A stretch of DNA of 64,000 nt from Tubiluchus corallicola. Lineage: Eukaryota > Animalia > Priapulida. The notes below the pieces were generated by a model, which worked only from the letters and a program-made list of their open reading frames with translations, was not told the DNA's origin and did no database searches. The position numbers and the translations under genes are program-made. Location of the stretch: contig JAQGDQ010000050.1 of NCBI GenBank assembly GCA_030141605.1, positions 383,971 to 447,970 of the forward strand, read 5' to 3'. This document shows positions 26,001-36,293 of this stretch, piece by piece (within the stretch, counting starts at the first letter, position 1; every line of letters starts with the position of its first letter).

Positions 26001-26992
26001 AGTAATCATTAATGTGCTACTGCTAATCAATTTAATTTTCGAATAGCATGTATTGCTAATCGAAAAATAAAAATGACTGTACAAGAGATGTTCATTTTCT
26101 TCAGTTGTCATCAGAATTGACAAATTTGTCAGCATACCTTTCTGTCATGTGGTAAAACACTCACTTCTGTTTCTGAAAGTTCTAGAGAATTGCTTGCATC
26201 AGTCTGTCCGCCTGTTCTTTGATTACCACCTTTTGTCAATGGATTTGGTGCTGACCTGAAAATTATGAGTAACAGGTACATAATACTGTTTGTTAAAATA
26301 GCATTCTATTGCAGATGTAGACAAATAAAAACTGTTGTTGACTGAGATGTTGCAAAACTGCTAACGTTCAGAAGTGTGTCAACACATAGTTATTAAACAC
26401 GGCTTAAAAAAATCTACACTTAATACTTAAACAACATATTTCAACTTTAATTAAGAAACAAACTCTTAAATGATTTCTCTACAGATTATTTTTTGTATAT
26501 TTTTTTTGAAAAAAAACAGTTAATGAAATCTTACAAGTGAGAAACTTTACACTGTGGCAACTGGGCACTTAATTTTTCTTATACACGGTTCAGCAAAGTA
26601 CATGCCACTGTACATAATGCTCACTAAGTTTTGGATCCACCATGTCGATGAGTGACAGCATTGATCCCTAGCTCACTGTTCATGATAATTTAAGCAGTTA
26701 AGCAGATAATTTAATTACTAAGTTATATTTTGATCCTAAGTTCTTCTATAATGTCTTCATTATAAACTGTTTGCTCAAATTGTATATTAAAACCGATATT
26801 TACAATCAGTTAACATAAAAAAATTTAAAAAACTTATAACGTTGCAAACCTTCTGGGACTTGCAGCCGGGTCTACCAAGTCAACTATATCACAAGACTTA
26901 AAATCAAGAAGCTTCTGACGCGGTGATTCCACAGTACCTCCATTTTGATTTAGAAAACTGACTGTAGTTTCTTCGGTACTGTAAGCATTCAT
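10997..26992 (-). CDS. HAUS8: HAUS augmin-like complex subunit 8 (Hice1/AUG8, QWRF-like), ~469 aa, 13 coding exons
   Basis: Minus-strand exons 26850-26992, 26138-26255, 25632-25789, 24627-24667, 21039-21088, 18790-18919, 17853-17951, 16895-16971, 15441-15566, 14851-14970, 14299-14428, 12990-13140, 10997-11063. All GT-AG, phases compatible, total 1410 nt. Motifs KKRGKVVPSRYKQ, DVSLI, HLRITYVRYVQWLYMN, YTQLSSSLETTLYHMPVKDV, AQETSLK fit the HAUS8/QWRF family. Confidence 0.85.
11188..12336. mobile_element. hAT-type MITE with a nested (TA)n tract and an unclassified GC-richer insert (~11466-11950)
   Basis: CAGGGATGAGCAT ... ATGCTCACCCCTA inverted ends; TTCGAA/ATTCGA subterminal motifs shared with the copies at 31178 and 31718. 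Confidence 0.65.
12990..13140 (-). CDS. HAUS8: HAUS8 exon
   Basis: DDLNSCLNETKQRLDELQ...AESANIN; phase 1/2. Confidence 0.85.
14299..14428 (-). CDS. HAUS8: HAUS8 exon
   Basis: NESLEKVLPVLDSLRDNYTQLSSSLETTLYHMPVKDVSLPANM; phase 0/1. Confidence 0.9.
14851..14970 (-). CDS. HAUS8: HAUS8 exon (coiled coil)
   Basis: KDVISIWEENECLKKYKAQLEIMQAKLQHIQLLDQRLLTQ; phase 0/0. Confidence 0.9.
15441..15566 (-). CDS. HAUS8: HAUS8 exon with QWRF-like motif
   Basis: QRGQSLEEKQRHLRITYVRYVQWLYMNYMISESIHNQEDQAM |GTGAGT. Confidence 0.9.
16895..16971 (-). CDS. HAUS8: HAUS8 exon
   Basis: TTTCAG| LKNVLPMESVKENDRSTKKKGLFKP |GTATGT; phase 1/0. Confidence 0.7.
17853..17951 (-). CDS. HAUS8: HAUS8 exon
   Basis: DKTKPVSTPATGKSAGLLNTVDVSLIVQDVTGQ; phase 1/1. 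Confidence 0.8.
18447..18680. repeat. 24-bp minisatellite (~8 degenerate units, GAATCAAGTTTAGACATGTTGCTT)
   Basis: Units are directly visible; the minus strand reads as (N/S)NMSKLDS-type octapeptides. Confidence 0.85.
18790..18919 (-). CDS. HAUS8: HAUS8 exon
   Basis: SEKHQISPKDANV...HFHITPIAK |GTAATT; phase 0/1. Confidence 0.75.
20232..20912. mobile_element. Possible Kolobok-like MITE (TTAA-flanked)
   Basis: TTAA-AGGGGAAGA ... TCTTCTACT-TTAA: short imperfect inverted ends. Confidence 0.35.
21039..21088 (-). CDS. HAUS8: HAUS8 exon (SRY microtubule-binding motif)
   Basis: GKVVPSRYKQAASTVKK; phase 1/0. Confidence 0.85.
21490..21824 (+). mobile_element. Degenerate R4/Dong-like (restriction-like endonuclease) LINE 3' end with (TAA)n tail
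   Basis: Remnants of ALFIALGAI and ...CRVL resemble the IGALG and ILRRVL C-terminal motifs; followed by ~11 TAA units. Confidence 0.35.
22348..22981. mobile_element. hAT-type MITE with perfect 8-bp TSD
   Basis: ATTAGAAG|TAGGGATGTT ... AACATCCCTG|ATTAGAAG; subterminal CGATA repeats. Confidence 0.9.
23787..24448. mobile_element. Non-autonomous TIR DNA element (copy 2 of the 3241-3873 family)
   Basis: GTGTGCTTGCATAGCAAAA ... CTGCAAGCACACA; internal similarity (W.LWTLQEHIEVMF in both spurious ORFs). Confidence 0.8.
24627..24667 (-). CDS. HAUS8: HAUS8 short exon
   Basis: TTCTAG|A ANVPVQLMKTKKR G|GTATGT; phase 2/1 bridges the flanking exons. Confidence 0.75.
25632..25789 (-). CDS. HAUS8: HAUS8 N-terminal exon
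   Basis: ETKDVMVVEAQSDKGRLGF...VTKET; phase 0/2. Confidence 0.7.
26138..26255 (-). CDS. HAUS8: HAUS8 N-terminal exon
   Basis: SAPNPLTKGGNQRTGG...LPHDRK; phase 2/0. Confidence 0.7.
26850..26992 (-). CDS. HAUS8: HAUS8 first coding exon (ATG at 26992; exon acceptor at 27007)
   Basis: TTTACAG|CAAGGACATTTAGTT ATG NAYSTEETTVSF...AASPR AG|GTTTG. Confidence 0.65.
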
Positions 26993-27529
26993 AACTAAAT
27001 GTCCTTGCTGTAAACTATACATATAAAAATATAGTTATTGTTTAGAATAAAATAAGAGCTGATCACTTTAGACAATTCTAGATTTTACTCCACGAATTAT
27101 GATGAAATTTAATGTTAGATAGACAAACTACAGTCAAAAACCAACCATTTATTACTTTTTATCAGTCATTACAGGAAATTTTGCAGAATATCAGCTTACT
27201 ACAAAGGCACTACCAAAACATATGATAGTGGTGGCACATTAACCCTCTTTTATGATCTGAAGGGCATGCTTGATTTAACAGTTGCATTTTTTGCTGTGAT
27301 GCCAATCCAGTTAACCAGAAAAAATAATATTCAGAGAATTTCAAACACAAATATGTCTACGCTACAACTTACAGCTTAAATAGGAAATGTTGCTAGGATT
27401 TGGAGAATGTAATGACATAGCTTATGAGTTCATTGCATTTTGAAAGAGTATCTGTCTCTTTAAAATATTGAAAGGAAACATACTATTCTTTCAAAAATGA
27501 CTTACGTGAAAGAATTATTATCACATAAA

Positions 27530-27960
27530 CACAATTTCACGTGCGTGCCACTAGTTCTTCGGTGTTATATGCATTTTGCCATTCGCTAGTTAGACGGGCA
27601 CTAGCGCCTGCATTTCGCAAATGCACTGCACAAAAACAGGTGCTGTACCTCTCAGTTCAGATGTGCTAGTTTGTAACGAACTACACATGTTCGACAGGTC
27701 ATGCGTGAGCACAGCGGTAAGTTTGAAATTTGAATTTTTATCTTAAAACTTGTCTAGTTTTAGTACAACACACTGAACACTTCACAGTAGCACTGTGCTT
27801 CAATTTTCGCTTTTGCAAACATGTGCAACACCCTTGTGGAATATTTTTGCTGCTGAAAATTATGTTAGCATGTGATATCATCACTAATTGGGCTCACCCG
27901 CCATTAATTAAATTTTTAATCTATTATTTAATTATCAGAAACACTTTTGCACTATTAATT
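27530..27960. repeat. Unclassified interspersed repeat (inverted homolog of 2123-2450)
   Basis: Reverse-complement similarity to 2123-2450. Confidence 0.6.
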
Positions 27961-29079
27961 GTGTTAAAATGTATACTTTTTGTCGGAATTAAAATAGAGT
28001 AGTATATGAAAAATCATCCTGTCTTCCTTTAATCTTTCGAAGAGAATCCACATATATATGGCAGCCAAATAACAATGAATTTGCAAAATTACACAAAAAC
28101 ATAATGGAATAGTAGACAAAAATTGCATTTTAGACCTGCACAGTCAATACACAAATTAATTTGAAAAAGTTAACTGCTCTTTCGGTGATGCTGCAGTTTT
28201 CAAGACATTCTTATTTTATATATATCACATATTTATTGAATTACAAACAAAACATTTAATGTCAATGAAAAATTGAAAATTGCTTAATTTGATCAGCAAT
28301 GGTATCACTATTGTCACCACAAGTGTCATCATCACCATGGCTAATTATTACAGACATCAGGCGGACAATAAAATACTTCTGTTGCCGTCTAATTGTCTGA
28401 GTAATAATTTTTCATCGCGCACCCGGCCAGGAACTTTATTATTTTTTTTCATCCGTTCATATATATACTTACTTGTCGTAGTCATATAAAAGCGTATTTT
28501 TTTAATTTAAAATGTAAAACAATTATTATGACATTATTCTTTTGGGGAACGCAGGATGTGGACATGTTTTGCCACTGCTAACTCTTGGCCAAGGTAGCCG
28601 TCTTGTATGATGCTCACTGTACTGGAGGCTAAAAAGTATGGAATTTTCAGCCAAATTGGTGTATTAAGTGAGTCTGGTACACTTAAACTTTGACCTTTTC
28701 ACGATCACCACCAATTGTTGGAATTGAGAAAAGGTTTATTGCATCATGATGGAGCCAGCTATAAGTAAAGTGCACATGCACAAATACATGCAAACATAAC
28801 ATACATAAAAAGAGCAAGAAAAAATTCTTTTTTTGTCCAATGTTGCTATCTATAATAAGCATTATTATTTTATATCTCATCAGCTGCAAATGAAGTAAAA
28901 GTATTCACATCGCTGTCAGATAAAAACTTCCTTCGTATGCTCACACAGCCACCCCATTTAGAATTTTATTTACTGTACTTAAATAATAGCGTATTCGTTA
29001 TGTTCAGAGCTTTAGTCAACCACAAAATTTCCCTTTTTCTGACACTCTTTTTTCTCTTTTTCTGACACTTACTGTGTAT

Positions 29080-29400
29080 GCATGAATATGATGTAATGAG
29101 AACAATAAGAACTAGACAAGAAGAACAAGTAAAAAAGAAGGACAACAAGAAAAATATGATGACTGAAGACAGTTATGGTAATGATGATGATAATGCAAAA
29201 GCAACAAGAACAGGAAGAAAAGCAAGAATAAGAACAATGAGAACAAGAAAAATCAGAATATAAGCAAGAAAAACAAGACAACAAGAACAAAAATAAAAGG
29301 AATATGAAGAAGAAAATGATAGTGGCTATAATGATGACAAAAGTGATAATGACAATTATGATAATGATGACAGATGATAATGATTTATGATGATGATGAT
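29080..29400. repeat. Low-complexity degenerate trinucleotide tract (AAG/AAC/GAT)
   Basis: Directly visible composition. Confidence 0.7.
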
Positions 29401-29667
29401 GCTTTATGGCCTACAGCCTACAAGCAAAATCCTAGAAAAAACTTGGAGGTGCAAAAGTATAAAGTGCCATCATGTTTATAGAATAACAGAGTTTAGTATA
29501 AATAAAAATTTAAATGCAATACAAATTTTTACATACTGGTTTATATCGACCATCTCATCACTCCTTGTTGACTGGTCAGTATCAGTCTTATTATTTACTG
29601 GTTTATACAAGATATGCTTCTGCATCATTCTGCCAAAAAGTATAAAAAAGGCGTAACATAACATAAC

Positions 29668-30850
29668 AGCACTCTATTAGAATCTAGGTCCCGCTCGATT
29701 TTTGCCAGGAGATCACCTATTTCGATATGATTGCTTGGTGCATTATGGCAAACCGCGCTGCGCATATGATGATTGATCAGCCCCTGAGTTTCACTTGTGG
29801 CGGAATAAGTTAATGAAATAATACTATTAATAGACTACAAAAGTTCAATAAGTTTACCATGTTTTCATAAAAAACAAAAAATTGATATTCTACCCAATTT
29901 TTAATGCATTCAATCATATAAAATGTATTTTAACCTTACTAAATAATTAGATTACTACAAGCAGTGTTAAGTATTTTTGTTTCGAGAAGTGTATTCATGC
30001 TGAAATAACTAAGTAGTTTTTCATAATAACAATTATTGTTGTTAATATCATCGTCATCTTCATTATTATTAATAACTAAAGGCGCCACAGTCAGATTTTA
30101 ATTTCCACAGGCGTCACGTTAATAAACATTTTATTTAGGTATCATTGAGCTTGTCAAACCTAATTTTCAATGCTATGCTCCCAGACGATTTTCTGAGCCT
30201 TCTGCATTGTCTGGCACAGCAGGTTGTAATATAATAATAACAATCTTCATTTATTGGGCCGACTATAAACAACAACCTACAACTGCATAACAGAAACTAT
30301 TAATAATAGTCTCTGTTGATAATAATAATATTATAATAATAATAATATTAATAATAGTCTCCATGAGGTAATAATACTGCGTCAGGCAGGACAACAACAA
30401 GGTACCATTTTTAAAGTCTTTCGTATTACCCGCCCGCTGAATCGAACTCACGACCTCCCAGATGGAAAGTGAACGTGTTGCCACTAGACCAAACCGTCTG
30501 GTCAAATGCTTATATTAAATTTTAGACGAGTGGACTGAACGTATACATAGCAAGTAAATCTACATTAACAGAGGCAACGTCAAACCTTAAAATGCAAATT
30601 TTCTTGTTAAATTTTAGTCAATTTAAGCCAACAATTTACTTATTCAGTCAAATGAACTAACGTTTTGACTGAATAAAGTCACGAGTATTTTCACTTAATT
30701 CTATACACAAACGTAATGGGCATAGAAACGCTAACGGTCCGCGAGCAATCGAGAGAGCAGCGCAGATCGTCATATTGCGCTAAGCAATCATATCGAATAG
30801 GTTATCGCTCGGCGAAAATCGGCCGGTATCTGGATTCTATATAGAGTGCC
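29668..30850. mobile_element. Long-TIR (~100 bp) non-autonomous DNA transposon, Mutator- or hAT-like, in HAUS8 intron 1
   Basis: 29668-29765 (AGCACTCTATTAGAATCTAGG...CGATATGATTGCTT...GCGCTGC) is the imperfect reverse complement of 30757-30850; flanked by AACATAAC and AGCATAAC (7/8 TSD). Confidence 0.75.
30375..30503 (-). mobile_element. tRNA-derived SINE with Meta-like core domain, nested in the TIR element
   Basis: Minus strand: A-box TGGTCTAGTGG, B-box GAGTTCGATTC, then AAAGACTTTAAAAATGGTACC..TG..CCTGCCTGACGC, resembling the Meta domain as I recall it. Confidence 0.7.
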
Positions 30851-30898
30851 AGCATAACTCAACTAAGTTACAGTAATACACAACAAAAAGTGCGTTAC

Positions 30899-31100
30899 CT
30901 TTCCGCCAACGATTAAATTTCTGTATTGCTGCGGAAGACAAATTTTTCAGTTCCTGTGACTCACCGACCACGCTGTGCGTTTATCATTTAAAACGTTTAA
31001 ATTTCCAGCAATATTATTTAATATCGCATTTAACGAATAAGCACCGAAACGGTTTCGCGCACATTTTGCGAAAGTCCACTTTTTACGGCGCATCGATGAT
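30899..31100 (-). promoter_or_regulatory. Probable HAUS8 non-coding first exon and promoter (copy 1)
   Basis: CpG-enriched segment; AAG|GTAACG donor at 30898; canonical E2F site TTTCGCGC at 31053-31060; in-frame stop upstream of the exon-2 ATG, so 5'UTR. Confidence 0.55.
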
Positions 31101-31177
31101 ACGGGTTGGCAGTGATTTCAAGTGTAACGCACGTACTATTGCAAAGAACTAATATTACGTACAAAAAAAGTTAATAG

Positions 31178-31513
31178 TTGGGGTGAGCATCGAACGTTCG
31201 AATGAGTTTTTTTAGTTCGAATTCGATTCGAACCTAAAATTATAATTTCGAATAAGTCGGTACTTCAACCACATACATTCTTTATCATTAAACGGTTTGG
31301 TTCAGTATGCAATTAACACAATTTAGCTGCAGTTTCAGAGCAAAATTTAAAGAAATTAATAGTGGTTTTACTGGAGAACCAAATCAAGTAATACGCATGA
31401 TCTTTATAAACTGCTTTTTAATAGTGGCTCGAAAACTTGTTCGAAAATCTGTCTAACTCAATTCAAATTCAATTTGATTCGAATTCGCTTAATGACAGAG
31501 AATGCACACCCTA
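31178..31513. mobile_element. hAT-type MITE (duplicated at 36371-36706)
   Basis: GTTAATAG|TTGGGGTGAGCAT ... ATGCACACCCTA|GTTAACAG; 7/8 TSD. Confidence 0.7.
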
Positions 31514-31984
31514 GTTAACAGCAATAGCTAATAATTTGGTTCTTCTAACTCTATAGCCAAGCCTTAGATGCTTCGAAAAAAATAAACCAAGCTTATACTT
31601 TCCCTCGGTGTTTCTTCCACCCATGTTGACACCAGACTCATCACTATAATTATAATTACAATTCAATTCAATTGTACAATAATTTTAGTTTTTTGTACAA
31701 ACTTTACTAAATCATAGTTCGAGGTGAGCACGCTGGTTTCGAATGAGTGTTTTTAATTTTAATTCATTTCTAACTAAAAGGTTCAAATAGTTCACCACTT
31801 CAACTACACTGAAGATTCTTTATCATTAAAACATTTGAAACAGCACACAATCAACATAATTTAGTTTGAATATCTGTACACAAGTTTCAGCAAATTATTA
31901 GTGTTTTTACTGCAGAACAAATCAATGCATGCTCTTTGTGACACTCCTTTTTATTAATACTTGCTTGCAAATACTTGCATACAA

Positions 31985-33345
31985 AGTCTAAGAGACCTAA
32001 CCATAACACGGTTATTGACGGCCTTTCCTCAACGATTTGTGAAATTGCGGCAGATTTGATACATCAACTGTTTCACTATTAAGTGAATTCCAAGGGCCCA
32101 CAACATCAGAAGAGAAGATATGAGCTCTGATATTAGTGCAAGAGTAGTGTACAAATAATTTAAAACTGTGTCCACGTAAATCAATTAGTGGTCTAGAAAA
32201 AAATTTGTCACTACGCAAACTAAAACTACCACTAATGACATTATAACAGTTAATAAGATCTATAGTATCACGGCGTTGTTCAAGAGAGGATACAGAGTCA
32301 GGTTGAATACCAGAGGCCAGTCTAATACTTCTCCATTGAGTAATTTCTAAAACATTTTTAAGAGTAACAATCCTGTGGTGACCAAAAATTGCATGCATAT
32401 TCTAGTACTGGCCTAACTACAGCTTTATAGAGGTACAATAACTTTTGCACTACATTTTGAAATACAGCATTTTATCATTCCAATGCATCTATTGGCCTAA
32501 GAAATAATATGCTCAATACGTGAATTCCACTTCAGGTTGTTTGAAATTCATACACCCAAATCACGTACAACTGATTTTTCTTCAATAACACCGTCTCTCA
32601 GATAATAAGGTATTGCAAAATTAGAACGAATACAAAAGTGCCCTGCATTTATAGCGTTTGAAGGACATTAACCAGTTGTCACACCACTGCTCAATTTCAA
32701 ACAGGTCAGCTTGTAAGATCTCTTGTTCAGAGGAATTTCTAATTGGACATTAAGGTTTTATATCATCAACAAACAGTTGTATACATGTGTCAGGGGACAC
32801 ACAACCAGTAACATCATTGATAAAAAGAAGAAAACAGTAAGGTCCCGACAAAGTCCCTGAAGTTACATTTCTCCAGGAAGTGGTTACACCATTTAAAACT
32901 ACTCTTTGCCTTCTGTGTGTCAGAAAATAACGAAACCATTGGAGTAGCTAAAATTTCCTGCATATACCTGCAAATTCCACTTTCAACATGAGACGACGAA
33001 CAGGAACGGAATCAAATGCTTTTTCTAAAGTAACTGAATATATAGAACATCAATTGATGGGAAAGAAGGGTCAGGGATTAAGGAATTGGAACCAGTCATT
33101 TAGGCATTCGAGATGATTTGTTACAGTGGAACATTGTGGTAATGAGGTGTTGATTATTATTGAATTGGCCAGAAGATAAGAGGAATTTTACTATATCATC
33201 CCACAAAAGAGATTCAAGACATTTAGAGGCAACAGAAGATAGAGAAATAGGGCGTAATTCATCACATGTCAAGTTGGTGCTAGATTTTTTGGGGATAGGG
33301 GCAATATTACAATCTAACCAGACCTGAGAGATATGCCACACTCCA
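31985..33345 (-). mobile_element. CR1-clade LINE remnant (RT domain and C-terminus), inserted in a hAT MITE spanning ~31718-33511
   Basis: Minus-strand remnants IAPIPKK...LRPISLSSVASKCLE, AFDSVP, GTLSGP..FLLFINDV, QLFVDD, LEQRR...DLI, LRGHSFKL, FSS.VV.PWNSL; frameshifts and stops. Confidence 0.9.
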
Positions 33346-34018
33346 AGGATTTGCGAAAAAGATGAAAAAGAGGTAATGAGAATTGTGAGGCACATGATTT
33401 CAACATAAAACCGTGAATATTTGAAAATCTTTAAAACTGAATTCAAATTCGATTCGGATTCGAAATCTCAAAATTCAGTTTTATTTGAAGTCCTGTCATG
33501 CATGTTCCCTAATACCGGTATTTTTTGGTATTAGCATAAATTATAGCATTTTAATTCATTATCAGCAGAAAAGAATACAATGTCTGAAATGTCAGCTAGA
33601 GTGCCATACCCTTTTAATGTTTTGATCATAATGTTTCGTGGGTGAAGCCACAAATTGTATTTTTTACGTCCCTGTGCCCTACTTTTCTTTTTCGATATGA
33701 TAGATGCAACACCTCTGCGCTTCACCATTCCATACACGCTTTCGCTGCTATTAAATTTTAATGAATTTAATGTAAAAACAATCACCAAGACACACATTCC
33801 CTGTATATTATTATTATGTACTTCCTGTGCAAATACCGCTGAGCTTTGGAGTAAATTTCTAGGCGGAAGCAATGGAAAAACAGTTACAGCCACAACACAG
33901 CGTTTGATCGTCCATTGTGATTGACATTCTGCGATTTATGTATTTTGTCAGATCATCTACAAGTTTCCTACAAGTTCTATAGATACAACTTCATCAATCA
34001 TCTACACATTTCTACAAG

Positions 34019-34053
34019 TGGTGCCGAAAACCGGGATTAAACCAGGGACCTTT
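34019..34053 (-). pseudogene. 3' half of mature tRNA-Phe(GAA) including CCA (PBS-like / retroposed fragment)
   Basis: TGGTGCCGAAAACCGGGATTAAACCAGGGACCTTT is the reverse complement of the eukaryotic tRNA-Phe 3' half AAAGGTCCCTGGTTCGATCCCGGGTTTCGGCACCA (3 mismatches). Confidence 0.75.
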
Positions 34054-34109
34054 TACAGTACGAAAATCCCAAATTCGATTTGATTCGATGTCGCTCTATG
34101 GCAGAGAAT

Positions 34110-34612
34110 CATCAGGCGGCGACTAAAAGAATCGTTATGTTATAATTTCCATAAAACAAACAGTTGATAACTATTACTTCTCTTAAAGTTACTGATTTAA
34201 ATTTTATCTCACAATGTTTAGCTATGCATATCTGATAACCATGATTAAAGTTAAATTTTATCATGCAAATGTTGTTTTTCTGAACATTAAAATATTCTCT
34301 TTGATCTGGTTTTGTGTTTTGGACCATCTATAATTATGTTTAATGTTTGACTATATTTAGGAACGGTTTTTGTTTTTTTGCTGTTGTTGTATTTTTGTTT
34401 TTTTGTGTTCATGAACGTTTATGTATTTTTTAATAGTTGTGTTCTGCTGTCATTAGCGTCTTTTGTTTACTTGTCTTTCCGAGAAGGGTGGTTGTCTCAC
34501 TAACCTTTGGTTTTTCGCCACCATTTCTCTCATGTTCATTTGTATTTTTGTATAATTTATTGCTAAATTAATGTAAATTTATGGAGAAAAATAAAAATTA
34601 CTTACTTACTTA
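34110..34612 (+). mobile_element. LINE 3' end/3'UTR (L2/CR1 group) with (TTAC)n tail; duplicated at 39303-39805
   Basis: T-rich 3'UTR, GGTGG...CCACC stem-loop, AATAAA then TTACTTACTTAC. Confidence 0.45.
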
Positions 34613-34939
34613 TGTGAATCGAGAGCCTCGTGAAACGGTCGAAGAAAATGAACTAAATAAAGCACTTCACAAACAGAGACAAACTGTCAAAGAATACTGT
34701 GCTTGTTTTAGTAGAACATTCGAATCGTACGAAACATTGACGAAGATAAAATTTGAATTGAAAAATTTTTTTGCTTTAAGAACGAATTTGACGAATGAAT
34801 AATTTTGTATGTTGGATGAATATAATTAAAAAATTCAGTGCCAGTCACGTCTACATTATATACAGTTATTTCACGTAAAAATATTTCGTGAAGGTAAACG
34901 TTTAAATTCTTACAATACAATTTTTAAAAGTTTTTTAAT

Positions 34940-35887
34940 GTGTCAAAGTAAAATCAGGTTCCAAAGCTACTTGGCATTACCCTAGGTGAGAAATTAGCCT
35001 TTTATTCTCCCATTGTCATGTGTTGTTAAAGCAAAATCAGCTTCCGAAGCTACTTGGCATAACCCTAGATGAGAAATTAACCTTTCATTCTCACATTGTC
35101 AAACTTTCAATGAAAGCTAGCAAAGCTCTTTCAGGCATTAGAGAGAAATAAGAGGTATTGGTAATATTTCAATTGTGCATCTACTTTGTATAAAATTTAT
35201 AAATCGGTTGTTTGTTCATTGGGCAAGTCGCAGTGCGTAAACATCTGGCTGTATTAGAGGCTGTTAAATGCATGGCTTTGTCTTTATGTCTGGATCTTCC
35301 TTCGACTGATGGTGTTGAAGTATTGGAAGTTGTCATTGCTGTACCTCCACTGAATCTACGATTTTCTGAATCTTCTATAATTTGTGTTCTTTAAATTATA
35401 GATTTTTTTAGATTTTAGATTTATTATATACAATGCCAATGTGTACACGTACATACAGAACAATATGTAATATACAAAGTTTATAAATCATCAGCACATG
35501 AAAACACATCAAGTCAACACTATATAAGAAAACATGTGCAGTATTAACTTAATAAATGTTCGTCTGTGATCTTCAATAGAAGACTTTATTTTCCAACAAT
35601 TTTCCAAACTTCTTCAATTATTTACAATCTACTCTAAACTTAATTACTATTGCCATAAGATTGGAAGCATCGATTCTCCTCTATGTGAGTGTAGGTTAGT
35701 GAAATCTAACAAACTTTTTTGTCATGTGCTTTATGCTAATCAAAGTTATGTGATGTTATACAATATTTCCCAATATACTGGCTTATCTAATTTAAGCTAA
35801 TTGATATATGGAGTCGCTGATCAAGAAGATGTTGATATTGAGACAATAATTAAAGATCTCTGTTCTTTTATAGATAGCACTGAACGT
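34940..35887 (+). mobile_element. I/Nimb-clade LINE remnant, truncated by the duplication junction
   Basis: KLLGITLDEKLTFHSHI (present twice through a ~83-bp internal duplication), ALSLCLDLPST..VEVLEV...VPPLNLR, KIGSIDSPLCEC, LIYG...LCSFIDSTER. Confidence 0.7.
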
Positions 35888-36091
35888 TTAATTCTATACA
35901 CAAACGTAATGGGCATAGAAACGCTAACGGTCCGCGAGCAATCGAGAGAGCAGCGCAGATCGTCATATTGCGCTAAGCAATCATATCGAATAGGTTATCG
36001 CTCGGCGAAAATCGGCCGGTATCTGGATTCTATATAGAGTGCCGGCATAACTCAACTAAGTTACAGTAATACACAACAAAAAGTGCGTTAC

Positions 36092-36293
36092 CTTTCCGCC
36101 AACGATTAAATTTCTGTATTGCTGCGGAAGACAAATTTTTCAGTTCCTGTGACTCACCGACCACGCTGTGCGTTTATCATTTAAAACGTTTAAATTTCCA
36201 GCAATATTATTTAATATCGCATTTAACGAATAAGCACCGAAACGGTTTCGCGCACATTTTGCGAAAGTCCACTTTTTACGGCGCATCGATGAT
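36092..36293 (-). promoter_or_regulatory. Duplicated HAUS8 first exon and promoter (copy 2)
   Basis: Identical to 30899-31100; E2F site at 36246-36253. Confidence 0.5.

Noticed and set aside
33531-33924. Overlapping 120-aa (-) and 89-aa (+) ORFs, repeated at 38724-39117
   Set aside because: No recognisable domain or coherent exon chain; recurrence is explained by the tandem duplication.
35200-35700. Exon-like open stretches with branch point and acceptor on the minus strand inside the duplication
   Set aside because: The plus strand carries I/Nimb LINE motifs (VPPLNLR, DSPLCEC); the minus-strand frames are antisense shadows with stops.
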